Origin: an uncultured Actinomycetota bacterium
Lineage (GTDB): Bacteria > Actinomycetota > Actinomycetes > JACCUZ01
DNA length: 64,000 bases
NCBI GenBank assembly: GCA_963751035.1
Contig: CAVVSW010000005.1
Span: 1,072,425 to 1,136,424, forward strand
Reading direction: 5' to 3'
Each line of letters begins with the position of its first letter. The first letter of the stretch is position 1. Under the pieces are notes generated by a model. That model did no database searches. It was not told the origin of the DNA and saw only the letters and a program-made list of their open reading frames with translations. The translations under genes were made by a program, and so were the position numbers. Shown here piece after piece: positions 10,582-19,743 of this stretch.

Positions 10582-10641
10582 GATTGTCTCTGGTAGATCG
10601 GGGGAGTAAAGACGATCATGGGCCTGTCGATCGTGATCTTC

Positions 10642-10649
10642 GAAGGAGG
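10642..10649 (+). promoter_or_regulatory. Shine-Dalgarno sequence (GAAGGAGG) 5 nt upstream of the GTG start at 10655
   Basis: The sequence is cgaaGGAGGcaggtGTGgctgag. The purine-rich SD is complementary to the anti-SD. Confidence 0.5.
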
Positions 10650-10654
10650 CAGGT

Positions 10655-10864
10655 GTGGCTGAGCTCAAGAAGGGTGCCCGGATCACGGGCGGTGACCGCA
10701 GCAAGCTGTCGTCGGACCTCAAGCGCAAGTACACCGCCGGTGCCAGCATCCGATCGCTGGCAGCCGAGACCGGCCGCTCGTACGGGTTCGTGCACCGCAT
10801 GCTGAGCGAGTCCGGCGTGCAGCTGCGCGGCCGCGGCGGCGCCACGCGCGGCAAGAAGCCCTGA
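10655..10864 (+). CDS. small helix-turn-helix domain protein (conserved actinobacterial 69-aa HTH protein)
   Basis: The protein reads VAELKKGARITGGDRSKLSSDLKRKYTAGASIRSLAAETGRSYGFVHRMLSESGVQLRGRGG. It has an HTH (SIRSLAAETGRSYGFVHRML) and is basic. A strong RBS precedes it. Confidence 0.6.
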   Translation: MAELKKGARITGGDRSKLSSDLKRKYTAGASIRSLAAETGRSYGFVHRMLSESGVQLRGRGGATRGKKP

Positions 10865-10866
10865 CA

Positions 10867-11637
10867 CCCTCCGCCGACGGCGTCCGGCTCGATCGCGAGG
10901 GCGACCTCGCGACGCTGACGCTGGACCGCCCCGAGCGGCGCAACGCGCAGACGCCCAGCACCTGGCGCCGGCTGGCCGAGATCGGCCAGGAGCTGCTGTC
11001 GGGTGGGGCGCGCGTGGTGGTCCTGCGCGCCGACGGGCCGTCGTTCTCCGCCGGGCTCGACCGGGCGATGCTGACTCCCGAGGGCGCGCCTGGTGAACCC
11101 ACGTTCGTCGCGCTGGCCGGCCTCGACCCAGCCGTCCTCGACGCGGCCATCGCGACGTTCCAGGAGGCGTTCACCTGGTGGCGTGACGAGCGGATCGTGT
11201 CGATCGCCGCCGTCCAGGGTCACGCCGTCGGAGCGGGTTTCCAGCTCGCACTCGCCTGCGACCTTCGTGTGCTCGCCGACGACGCCCGCCTCTCGATGCG
11301 CGAGCCCAGTCTCGGCCTGGTGCCCGACCTCGGTGGCACCCAGCCGCTGGTCGAGCTGGTGGGCTACCCCAGGGCGCTGGAGATCTGCGCGACCGGGCGC
11401 GAGGTGGCTGCTGCAGAGGCGGCCCGGATCGGCTTGGCCGAGCTCGTCGTACACCCCGCCGATCTCGACGGCGCGGTCGGCGACCTGTGCGCCGCGATCC
11501 TCGCGGCGCCGGCCGACGCCGTACGCGAGACCAAGGCCCTGCTCCGCGCTGCGAGCAGTCGCGGGTACGACGAGCAGCGAGCCGCCGAGCGGGCTGCCCA
11601 GGGCCGGCGGCTGCGCGCGCTGGCGGGGCAGGGCTGA
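10867..11637 (+). CDS. enoyl-CoA hydratase/isomerase family protein (start codon uncertain)
   Basis: The protein reads …LTLDRPERRNAQTPSTWRRLAEIG…VVVLRADGPSFSAGLD…AAVQGHAVGAGFQLALACDLRVLADDARLSMREPSLGLVPDLGGTQ. This is the crotonase fold with its oxyanion-hole motifs. No canonical start codon lies immediately after the upstream stop. The frame opens directly after TGA at 10862-10864. Confidence 0.75.
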   Translation, partial: PSADGVRLDREGDLATLTLDRPERRNAQTPSTWRRLAEIGQELLSGGARVVVLRADGPSFSAGLDRAMLTPEGAPGEPTFVALAGLDPAVLDAAIATFQEAFTWWRDERIVSIAAVQGHAVGAGFQLALACDLRVLADDARLSMREPSLGLVPDLGGTQPLVELVGYPRALEICATGREVAAAEAARIGLAELVVHPADLDGAVGDLCAAILAAPADAVRETKALLRAASSRGYDEQRAAERAAQGRRLRALAGQG

Positions 11638-12792
11638 TGGTCGACCTGCGCCTCACCGACGACCAACGAGCGGTTCGTGACGCGGTGCGCAGCTGGGTGG
11701 AGGCCGTCGTCGTACCCAACGCGTTGCGCAACGATCGCGAGGAGCGCTTCCCGCAGGAGGCGCTCGACGGCCTGCGGCGAGACCGGGTTCGTCGGCATGA
11801 CGATCCCGGAGCGCTACGGCGGCGGGGGAGCCGACCCGCTCACCTACTGCCTGTTCATCGAGGAGCTCGGACGCGGCGACGCCAACGTCCGCTCGATCAT
11901 GTCGGTGCACCTCATGCTCGTCGCCGGCTCGATCGAGCGATGGGGGAGCGAGGACCAACGCGACCAGTGGCTGCCGAGGATGGCGACCGGCGAGGTGCTC
12001 GGCTGCTTCGGGCTTACCGAGCCCGACGCCGGCTCCAACCCCGCCGACCTGCGCGCGAGCGCCGAGGCCCTGCCCGGCGGAGGCTGGCGCATCAGCGGCC
12101 GCAAGGTGTTCATCACCAACGGATCGATCGCGGGCGTCGCCCTGGTGATCGCGCGGACCGGAGATGCGGGGGCGCGCGGGCTGTCGGCGTTCCTTGTTCC
12201 GACCGACCGGCCGGGGTTCACCGCCGTGCCGCTGCACGGCAAGCTCGGACTGCGGTCCTGCGACACCGCCGAGCTCGTCCTCGACGGGGTGGAGGTCGGC
12301 CCGGAGGCACTGCTCGGCGGCGAGGGCGACGGGCTGAAGGTGGCGCTCTCCGCCCTGGACGACGGGCGGATGTCGATCGCGGCGTCCTGCACGGGGCTGA
12401 GCCAGGCGGCACTGGACGCGATGGTGGCCTACGCCGGGTCGCGCGAGCAGTTCGGCAAACCGATCGCCGGCCACCAGCTGGTGCAGGAGATGATCGCCGA
12501 CTCAGCCGTCGACGTCGACGCGTCCCGGCTGCTTACCTGGGCGGCTGCCGACCTCAAGGCCAGCGGCGAGCGGCACTCGCTGGCGGCGTCGAAGGCCAAG
12601 CTGTTCGCCACCGAGGCCTCGATCCGGGTCGCGAACGCCTGCCTGCAGGTCCACGGCGGCTATGGGTACGTCGAGGACTACCCGGCCGCGAAGTTCCTTC
12701 GCGACGCCCGGGTCACCACGCTGTACGAGGGCACCAGCCAGATCCAGAAGCTGCTCATCGGACGTGCGTTGACCGGCATCTCCGCCTTCTGA
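11637..12792 (+). pseudogene. acyl-CoA dehydrogenase (single frameshift near 11770)
   Basis: The N-terminal frame reads MVDLRLTDDQRAVRDAVRSWVEAVVVPNALRNDREERFPQEALDGLRR. After the shift it reads …GFVGMTIPERYGGGGADPLTYCLFIEELGRGDANVRSIMSVH…GCFGLTEPDAGSNP…GGYGYVEDYPAAKFLRDARVTTLYEGTSQIQ. The ATG overlaps the hydratase stop (ATGA). Confidence 0.85.
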
Positions 12793-12908
12793 CCGCTGTT
12801 TTCGCTCTGAGCGCAGTTGTCGGCGCCCCGGCGTACCGTCTCGTACGGGAAGCAGCGCCGCTCCGGCGGTGTTGTCGATCATGAGAACCGAACTCGTGGA
12901 GGACCTGC

Positions 12909-14846
12909 ATGTCGATGTCGCACGGACCGTGGATGGCGATGCGGTCGATGACGCGCGACGGCGACGTGGTCAAGCGCAAGCTCGCTCCGGGCACCATCCC
13001 GCGCATCATCGAGTTCGCCCGGCCCTACCGGCGCGAGATCACCATCTTCTTGGTGCTGGTCGTCCTCGACTCCCTCCTGGTCGTGGCGCTCCCGCTGCTG
13101 TTCAAGGTGGTCATTGACGAGGGCGTGACCAAGGGCAACAAGGACGTCGTTGTGGCCGTCGCGCTGGCCGTCGCCGGGCTGGCTGTCTTCGACGCCCTGC
13201 TGACGCTCTACCAGCGGTTCCTGTCGTCGCGGGTCGGAGAGGGTCTCATCTACGACCTGCGCACCAAGGTCTACGCCCACGTGCAGCGGATGCCGATCGC
13301 GTTCTTCACCCGCACCCAGACCGGCGCGCTGGTGAGCCGGTTGAACACCGATGTGGTCGGCGCCCAGCAGGCGTTCACCTCGACGCTGTCGTCCGTCGTG
13401 TCCAACGTCATCGTGCTGGTCCTGGTCATCGCGACGATGTTGTTCCTGTCCTGGCAGATCACCATCGGTGCGCTGATCCTGACGCCGCTGTTCCTGCTGC
13501 CGGCCCGATGGGTGGGTCGCAAGCTGCAGGCCATCACCCGCGAGGCCATGCAGCTCAACGCCGGCATGGGCACGATGATGACCGAGCGCTTCAACGTGTC
13601 CGGCGCGCTGCTGGTCAAGCTGTTCGGCCGCCTCGACGAGGAGTCGCTCTCCTTCTCCGACAAGGCCGGCAAGGTGCGCGACATCGGCATCAAGCAGGCG
13701 ATGTACGGCCGCATCTTCTTCACGAGCCTGACCCTGGTCGCGTCGCTGGCGACAGCGCTCGTCTATGGCGTCGGCGGCATCCTCGTCATCGACAACACGA
13801 TCGAGATCGGCACTCTCGTCGCGCTGACCGCGCTGCTTGGGCGGCTCTACGGGCCGCTCACCGCGTTGTCCAATGTCCAGGTCGACGTGATGACGGCGCT
13901 GGTGAGCTTCGAGCGGGTCTTCGAGGTGCTCGACCTGCCGCCGATGATCGACGAGAAGCCCGACGCCAAGACGCTCGCGCGTGGGAAGAACGACATCGAG
14001 CTGCGCCACGTAGACTTCCGCTACCCGGCCGCTGACGAGGTGTCGCTCGCGTCGCTGGAGTCAGTGGCTGTGCTCGACCAGGCGCCGAGCCAGGAGGTCT
14101 TGCGCGACGTCTCGTTCATCGTGCCGGCCGGCACGATGACGGCCCTCGTGGGGCCGTCAGGAGCGGGCAAGACCACCATCACCAGCCTGGTCGGACGCCT
14201 GTACGACGTGCGCGCCGGCCAGGTGCTCGTCGGGGGCCAGGACGTCCGTGACCTGACCCTCGACTCGCTGCACGAGGTCATCGGCGTCGTGACCCAGGAC
14301 GCGCACATGTTCCACGAGACCATCAGGACCAACCTGCTCTACGCGCGCCCGGCAGCCACGGACGACGAGCTCACCGAGGCGTTGAAGGCGGCCCAGATCT
14401 GGGATCTCGTCTCCTCCCTGCCGGACGGTCTGGACACGACGGTCGGCGACCGCGGCTACCGGCTCTCCGGTGGCGAGAAGCAGCGGTTGGCGATCGCGCG
14501 CCTCCTGCTCAAAGCGCCCGACATCGTCGTGCTCGACGAGGCGACGGCTCACCTCGACTCCGAGTCGGAGGTCGCGGTCCAGCGCGCCTTGGAGACTGCG
14601 CTGCAGGGCCGAACCTCGCTGGTGATCGCCCACCGGCTCTCGACGGTCCGCGAGGCTGACGAGATCCTGGTCGTCGACGGAGGGCAGATCGTCGAGCGCG
14701 GGACGCATGCCGAGCTGCTCGCCAACGGCGGCCTCTACGCCGACCTCTACATCACCCAGTTCGCGACGCAGGAGCGCGGCGACGACCCTGCGCCGTCATC
14801 CTTCCCAGCGGACCTCGCCGTCGACGAGCGCGTCGGTGGGCTCTAG
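12909..14846 (+). CDS. ABC exporter, fused TMD-NBD (MsbA/type I exporter family)
   Basis: The protein is 645 aa. The N-terminal half has six TM helices. The C-terminal NBD carries GPSGAGKTTI (Walker A), LSGGEKQRLAIARLLLK (signature), IVVLDEATAHLD (Walker B) and LVIAHRLSTV (H-loop). Confidence 0.85.
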   Translation: MSMSHGPWMAMRSMTRDGDVVKRKLAPGTIPRIIEFARPYRREITIFLVLVVLDSLLVVALPLLFKVVIDEGVTKGNKDVVVAVALAVAGLAVFDALLTLYQRFLSSRVGEGLIYDLRTKVYAHVQRMPIAFFTRTQTGALVSRLNTDVVGAQQAFTSTLSSVVSNVIVLVLVIATMLFLSWQITIGALILTPLFLLPARWVGRKLQAITREAMQLNAGMGTMMTERFNVSGALLVKLFGRLDEESLSFSDKAGKVRDIGIKQAMYGRIFFTSLTLVASLATALVYGVGGILVIDNTIEIGTLVALTALLGRLYGPLTALSNVQVDVMTALVSFERVFEVLDLPPMIDEKPDAKTLARGKNDIELRHVDFRYPAADEVSLASLESVAVLDQAPSQEVLRDVSFIVPAGTMTALVGPSGAGKTTITSLVGRLYDVRAGQVLVGGQDVRDLTLDSLHEVIGVVTQDAHMFHETIRTNLLYARPAATDDELTEALKAAQIWDLVSSLPDGLDTTVGDRGYRLSGGEKQRLAIARLLLKAPDIVVLDEATAHLDSESEVAVQRALETALQGRTSLVIAHRLSTVREADEILVVDGGQIVERGTHAELLANGGLYADLYITQFATQERGDDPAPSSFPADLAVDERVGGL

Positions 14847-15317
14847 ACCCAGAGCTCGAGCTACCGCCTTCGATGCCTCGTGCTGCGGATGCACGTGCGC
14901 CACGATGGACGTGACCCCGTGCTCGCGCAGCCACGTGACCATCGCGCGGGCGGCCTCCCGTGCGAACCCCTGACGTTGCTGCCCGGTGCCGATCACCCAC
15001 GCGATCTCGGCGGCGTGCGTGCCGTCCTGATCGGTGACCGTGGCCTGCACGGTCCCGACGGCGTGCCCGTCATCGCGGCGACGGATGACCCAGTTGAGCC
15101 ACCGCTCGTTCCCGTCGCGCGAGTGGCCCCCGACCAGCTGCTCGTACCGCGCTCGCAATTCCTCGCGCGTCGCTGGCCGGCCACCGATGAAGGTGTGCAG
15201 GTCCGGGTCGTCGAGGACGGCGGCCATCTCGTCCGCGTGTTCCACCGCGAGCGGTTCCAGGTGCAGCCGCCCGCTGTCCAGCGACGCCGTCGTCGGCCAG
15301 GTCTCGTTGCCGGTCAC
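14796..15317 (-). CDS. GNAT family N-acetyltransferase
   Basis: The protein is 173 aa and reads …IAWVIGTGQQRQGFAREAARAMVTWLREHGVTSIVAHVHPQHEASKAVARALG. This is the acetyl-CoA-binding Q/RxxGxG/A-like motif of the RimJ/RimL-like class. It overlaps the ABC exporter 3' end convergently by about 50 bp. Confidence 0.7.
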   Translation of the reverse strand: MTGNETWPTTASLDSGRLHLEPLAVEHADEMAAVLDDPDLHTFIGGRPATREELRARYEQLVGGHSRDGNERWLNWVIRRRDDGHAVGTVQATVTDQDGTHAAEIAWVIGTGQQRQGFAREAARAMVTWLREHGVTSIVAHVHPQHEASKAVARALGLEPTDALVDGEVRWEG

Positions 15318-15364
15318 GGCGGCGGGATCTTCTCTAGCGTCGGCGGCTGCCCGAGGGCGATGAT

Positions 15365-17263
15365 GTGCTTATGGCGGCGTACCGGCACGCTTTCGAGCAA
15401 AGCATCTCGGACCCGCAGGGGTTTTGGGCCAAGGCGGCCCAGGGCATCGACTGGCGGACGCCGCCGAAGACGATCCTCGACTCGTCTGCCGCTCCCTTTC
15501 ACCGTTGGTTCGTCGACGGGGTGGTCAACACGTGCGAGAACGCGCTGGACCGCCATGTCGCCGCGGGAAACGGCGAGCGGGTCGCGCTCATCTACGACAG
15601 CCCGGTCACCCAGACAAAACGGACCTACACATACGCCGAGCTGCTGGATGAGACGGCGACCTTCGCGGGTGCGCTCGCGGGGCTCGGGGTGACCAAGGGT
15701 GACCGGGTCGTCATCTACCTGCCGATGGTCCCGGAGGCCGTCGTTGCGATGCTGGCCTGCGCCCGCCTCGGCGCGGTGCACTCGGTGGTCTTCGGCGGAT
15801 TCGCAGCACACGAGCTCGCGGTGCGCATCGACGACGCACAGCCGAAGATCGTCGTGACGGCGTCCTGTGGCATCGAGGTGGCACGTGTGATCGAGTACAA
15901 GCCACTGGTCGACCGCGCGCTGTCCCTGGCGACCCATCAGCCCGACCACGTCGTGCTGTTGCAGCGCCCGCAGGCGCCCGCGCAGCTCGTCGCGCCTCGC
16001 GATCTGGACTGGCACGAGCTGGTCGCCGCAGCCGAGCCGGCCGAATGCGAGCCCGTGGCGGCCACCGACCCGCTCTACGTGCTCTACACCAGCGGCACGA
16101 CCGCCAAGCCCAAAGGCGTGGTGCGTGACAACGGGGGCCACGCTGTCGCCCTGCGCTGGAGCATGGAGAACATCTACGGCATCGGGCCTGGTGACGTGTG
16201 GTGGACGGCGTCGGACGTCGGGTGGGTGGTCGGCCACTCCTACATTGTCTACGGGCCGCTGCTCGTCGGGGCCACGACGGTGCTCTACGAGGGCAAGCCG
16301 GTCGGGACGCCCGACGCCGGCGCCTTCTGGCGCGTGATCGAGGAGTACGCCGTGCAGGCGCTCTTCACGGCTCCGACCGCGATCCGGGCGGTGAAGAAGG
16401 AGGACCCCGACGGCACGCTCCAGGCCGGCCGGGACCTGTCGTCGCTGAACGTGCTGTTCCTCGCGGGCGAGCGGCTTGATCCGGACACCTGGCAGTGGGC
16501 CACCGACCGGCTCGGTGTGCCCGTGATCGACCACTGGTGGCAGACCGAGACCGGCTGGCCGGTCGCCGCCAACCTGCGTGGTCTTGAGCCGATGCCGATC
16601 AAAGCGGGATCACCAACGGTGGCGGTCCCCGGCTGGGACGTGCGGGTGCTGGACCCGTCGGGCGAAGAGGTCCCGGCCAGCACCGAGGGTGCAATCTGCG
16701 TGCGACTGCCGCTGCCACCCGGTGCGCTGGTGACCTTGTGGAACGACGACGAGCGGTTCGTCTCGTCGTACCTCTCGACCTTCGACGGCTACTACCTCAC
16801 CGGCGACGGTGGGTACGTCGACGAGGATGGCTACGTCTACGTGATGGGCCGCACCGACGACGTCATCAATGTGGCCGGCCACAGGCTATCGACGGGCTCG
16901 ATGGAGGCGGTCGTCGCCAGCCACCCCGCAGTCGCCGAATGCTGTGTCATCGGGGTGCACGACGACCTCAAGGGACAGGTACCGCGCGGGTTCGTGGTGC
17001 TCAAGGCTGGGGTCGACATCGACCCGGATGTGCTGCGCGCCGAGCTGGTGCAGCGGATGCGCGACGAGATCGGCGCCGTCGCGTCCTTCAAACGGGTCGA
17101 CGTCGTGGCTGGGCTGCCGAAGACGAGGTCCGGGAAGATTCTGCGCCGCTCGATGCGCGCGATCGCGGACGGTCGTGACGAACCGGTGCCCTCGACGATC
17201 GAGGACCCAGCCGTCCTGGACCTACTCACCCCGACGCTGCGCGGTTCCGTCACAAGGACCTGA
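15365..17263 (+). CDS. prpE: propionate--CoA ligase / acyl-CoA synthetase (AMP-forming), PrpE-like
   Basis: The protein is 632 aa. The N-terminus YRHAFEQSISDPQGFWAKAAQGIDWRTPP…PFHRWF matches the PrpE/Acs N-terminus. The AMP-binding motifs are YTSGTTAKPKG and …TGDGGYVDEDGYVYVMGRTDDVINVAGHRLST…. The C-terminal Lys region GLPKTRSGKILRR carries the acetylatable catalytic Lys. Confidence 0.85.
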   Translation: MLMAAYRHAFEQSISDPQGFWAKAAQGIDWRTPPKTILDSSAAPFHRWFVDGVVNTCENALDRHVAAGNGERVALIYDSPVTQTKRTYTYAELLDETATFAGALAGLGVTKGDRVVIYLPMVPEAVVAMLACARLGAVHSVVFGGFAAHELAVRIDDAQPKIVVTASCGIEVARVIEYKPLVDRALSLATHQPDHVVLLQRPQAPAQLVAPRDLDWHELVAAAEPAECEPVAATDPLYVLYTSGTTAKPKGVVRDNGGHAVALRWSMENIYGIGPGDVWWTASDVGWVVGHSYIVYGPLLVGATTVLYEGKPVGTPDAGAFWRVIEEYAVQALFTAPTAIRAVKKEDPDGTLQAGRDLSSLNVLFLAGERLDPDTWQWATDRLGVPVIDHWWQTETGWPVAANLRGLEPMPIKAGSPTVAVPGWDVRVLDPSGEEVPASTEGAICVRLPLPPGALVTLWNDDERFVSSYLSTFDGYYLTGDGGYVDEDGYVYVMGRTDDVINVAGHRLSTGSMEAVVASHPAVAECCVIGVHDDLKGQVPRGFVVLKAGVDIDPDVLRAELVQRMRDEIGAVASFKRVDVVAGLPKTRSGKILRRSMRAIADGRDEPVPSTIEDPAVLDLLTPTLRGSVTRT

Positions 17264-18023
17264 TCATGCCGCCGTCCACGGCCATCATCATCCCGGTCAC
17301 GTAGGACGCGGCGGGGGAGAGCAGGAACGTGGCGACCCTCGCGAACTCCTCCGGCTCGCCGTAGCGACGCAGCGGGATCTTGGCCTCGTTGTCCTGACGC
17401 GCCTTCGCGGGCTTCCCCGTGGACGCATCGAGCTCGCGCACCCGGTCGGTGTCGATCCGGCCCGGCATCAGACCGTTGACCCGGATGTTGCGCGGTCCCA
17501 GCTCGTCGGCCAACGTCTTCGCGGCCATCGCCAGTCCGGGGCGCAGACCGTTGGACGCTGCCAGCCCGTCGATCGGCTGCTTCACCGACGAGGACAGCAC
17601 GAACGCCAGCGATCCGCCAGTCTCCGGCAGCGTCGACACGACGGCCCGCGCAACCCGCATCGCCCCGAGGAACACCGTCTCGAACCCCGCACGCCACGCG
17701 TCGTCGCTCAGCTGGCTCGCCTGACCCGGAGGCGGTCCACCGACGCTGATCAACGCCCCGTCCAACCGGTCCCAGCGGCCCATCGCGGCCGCGACCAGCT
17801 GGGCCTCGCTGCCCGGATCGGACAGGTCGACCACGACCGGCATCGCGTGGTCGGCGCCGCCCAGCTCGTCTGCCGCCGCGGTCAGTGACTTCTCGTCGCG
17901 GGCACCCATCACCACCCGCGCTCCCTCAGCCACGAGCGCCTGGGCGCAGGCCAGCCCCAGGCCGCGACTGGCTCCCGTCACGACGTACACCCGGTCGGTC
18001 AGTCCCAGATCCATGGCCGACAT
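17250..18023 (-). CDS. SDR family oxidoreductase (short-chain dehydrogenase)
   Basis: The protein is 257 aa. It carries VYVVTGASRGLGLA (TGxxxGxG), the NAG-like region LISVGG and the catalytic S…YxxxK-like motif (…SSSVKQPIDGLAASNGLRPGL…). Confidence 0.8.
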   Translation of the reverse strand: MSAMDLGLTDRVYVVTGASRGLGLACAQALVAEGARVVMGARDEKSLTAAADELGGADHAMPVVVDLSDPGSEAQLVAAAMGRWDRLDGALISVGGPPPGQASQLSDDAWRAGFETVFLGAMRVARAVVSTLPETGGSLAFVLSSSVKQPIDGLAASNGLRPGLAMAAKTLADELGPRNIRVNGLMPGRIDTDRVRELDASTGKPAKARQDNEAKIPLRRYGEPEEFARVATFLLSPAASYVTGMMMAVDGGMIRSL

Positions 18024-18055
18024 CTTGCCGTCACCCCCCGGTTAGGGTGCAAGGC

Positions 18056-18823
18056 GTGCCCGGAACGGCTGATGAAGACGACGTTAGGGCCTGGCTGACC
18101 GCGGCCCGGCGGGTCACCGTCCTGACCGGTGCCGGCATCTCCACCGAGTCCGGCATCCCCGACTTCCGCGGCCCGCAAGGCGTGTGGACCAAGGACCCCG
18201 CGGCGCAGCAGCGCTTCACCTTGCAGAACTACCTCGCTGACCCGGCCGTACGACGTCTGGCGTGGCGCGGCCGGCGGGACCACCCGGCGTGGGCCGCGGA
18301 GCCGAACGCCGGCCATCGCGCCCTCGTCGGGCTCGAGCGCGCGGGACGCTTGCGCGCGATCATCACCCAGAACATCGACGGGCTGCACCAGCGGGCGGGG
18401 AGCGACCCGGCGACGGTCATCGAGATCCACGGGACGCTGTATGACGTCGAGTGCCTCGACTGCGGACGGCGGACCAGCATGCGCGAGAACCTCGACCGGG
18501 TCGATTCTGGCGACGACGACCCGGCCTGCCTGGTCTGCGGGGGCATCCAGAAGGCGGCCACCATCTCCTTCGGCCAGGCCCTGCGGCCGGACGTGCTCCG
18601 TCAGGCCACTCTCGCCGCGGCCGACTGCGACGTGCTGCTCGCGATCGGGACCACCTTGCAGGTGCAGCCGGCGGCGGGTCTCGCCGAGGTCGCCGTCCGG
18701 GCCGGTGCGCGGTTGGTCATCGTCAACCTCGACGCCACGCCGTACGACCCGATCGCCCACGCCATCGTCCGCGACAAGATCGGCGCGGTGCTGCCCCGGC
18801 TGGTCGCCCCCTTCGCGGCGTGA
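18056..18823 (+). CDS. NAD-dependent protein deacylase, Sir2 family (sirtuin)
   Basis: The protein reads VTVLTGAGISTESGIPDFRGPQGVW…ITQNIDGLHQRAG…IEIHGTLYDVECLDCGRR…CLVCGG (Zn ribbon CxxC…CxxC)…LLAIGTTLQVQPAAGL…VIVNLDATPYD. The start is GTG at 18056 (or 18047), just after the divergent SDR start. Confidence 0.85.
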   Translation: MPGTADEDDVRAWLTAARRVTVLTGAGISTESGIPDFRGPQGVWTKDPAAQQRFTLQNYLADPAVRRLAWRGRRDHPAWAAEPNAGHRALVGLERAGRLRAIITQNIDGLHQRAGSDPATVIEIHGTLYDVECLDCGRRTSMRENLDRVDSGDDDPACLVCGGIQKAATISFGQALRPDVLRQATLAAADCDVLLAIGTTLQVQPAAGLAEVAVRAGARLVIVNLDATPYDPIAHAIVRDKIGAVLPRLVAPFAA

Positions 18824-19743
18824 CGATCACCGCGCTGCGGCGCCCGCGCCGGCTGGTGCCCGGAGACCGGGTCGCGGTGGTGGCGCCCAGCGGTCCGATC
18901 GACGCGGACCGGTTGGCCCGGGGAGCCTCGGTGCTGGAGTCCTGGGGACTGGACGTCGTCACCGGTGCGCATGTGCTCGACCGGTCGGCTCACCTGGCCG
19001 GGACAGACAAGGACCGCGCTGCTGATCTCGAGCACGCGTGGTGCGATCCTGAGATCGCCGCCGTCCTGTGCGCCCGCGGCGGATCGGGAGCAACCCGGCT
19101 GCTCGACCTGCTCGACTGGGATGCGATGCTCCGGGCCGAGCCGAAGGTTTTCGTCGGCTACAGCGATGCGACCGCGCTGCACGAGGCGCTCGCCACCCGA
19201 CTCGGGCTCTCCTCGCTGTTCGGTCCGATGCCCGCGGCCCTGCCGTTCGGCGGCGAGTCGCCCGACCAAGCGTCCCTGGACCACCTGCGCACAACCCTCT
19301 TCGAGCCCGAGCAGGTGCAGGTCCTTCGTGGCGACGACGCCACGCGCGTGGTGCCAGGACGGGCCACCGGCGTGACCGTAGGCGGAACGCTGGCTCTGCT
19401 CGCCAGCACCATCGGCACGTCCGAGTCGCGGCCGGCCAGCGGCGGCATCGTGGTCCTCGAGGACATCACCGAACCGGCCTACCGGCTGGACAACCTGCTC
19501 ACCCAGCTGTTGCGCTCGGGTTGGTTCGACGGCGTCCGAGGCATCGCGCTCGGCACCTGGGTCGACTGCGGCGACGACGCGCTCGACACCGTGTGCGCAC
19601 GACTCGAGACCCTCGGGGTGCCGCTGCTCGCAGGTCTGCCGTTCGGCCACGGCGTGCCGCAGCTGACCGTGCCGCTCGGACTCGAGGCCGAGCTGGACGC
19701 CGATGCCGCAACGCTGACGATGGCTGTCCCGGCCCTGGCCTAG
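18820..19743 (+). CDS. LD-carboxypeptidase (peptidase S66, LdcA-like)
   Basis: The protein is about 307 aa and reads VTITALRRPRRLVPGDRVAVVAPSGPID…VFVGYSDATALHEAL…GGTLALLASTIGT…LEDITEPAYRLDNLLTQLLRSGWFDGVRGIALG. This is the S66 family pattern (Ser-nucleophile GYSD region, Glu/His downstream). The GTG overlaps the sirtuin stop (GTGA). Confidence 0.75.
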   Translation: MTITALRRPRRLVPGDRVAVVAPSGPIDADRLARGASVLESWGLDVVTGAHVLDRSAHLAGTDKDRAADLEHAWCDPEIAAVLCARGGSGATRLLDLLDWDAMLRAEPKVFVGYSDATALHEALATRLGLSSLFGPMPAALPFGGESPDQASLDHLRTTLFEPEQVQVLRGDDATRVVPGRATGVTVGGTLALLASTIGTSESRPASGGIVVLEDITEPAYRLDNLLTQLLRSGWFDGVRGIALGTWVDCGDDALDTVCARLETLGVPLLAGLPFGHGVPQLTVPLGLEAELDADAATLTMAVPALA

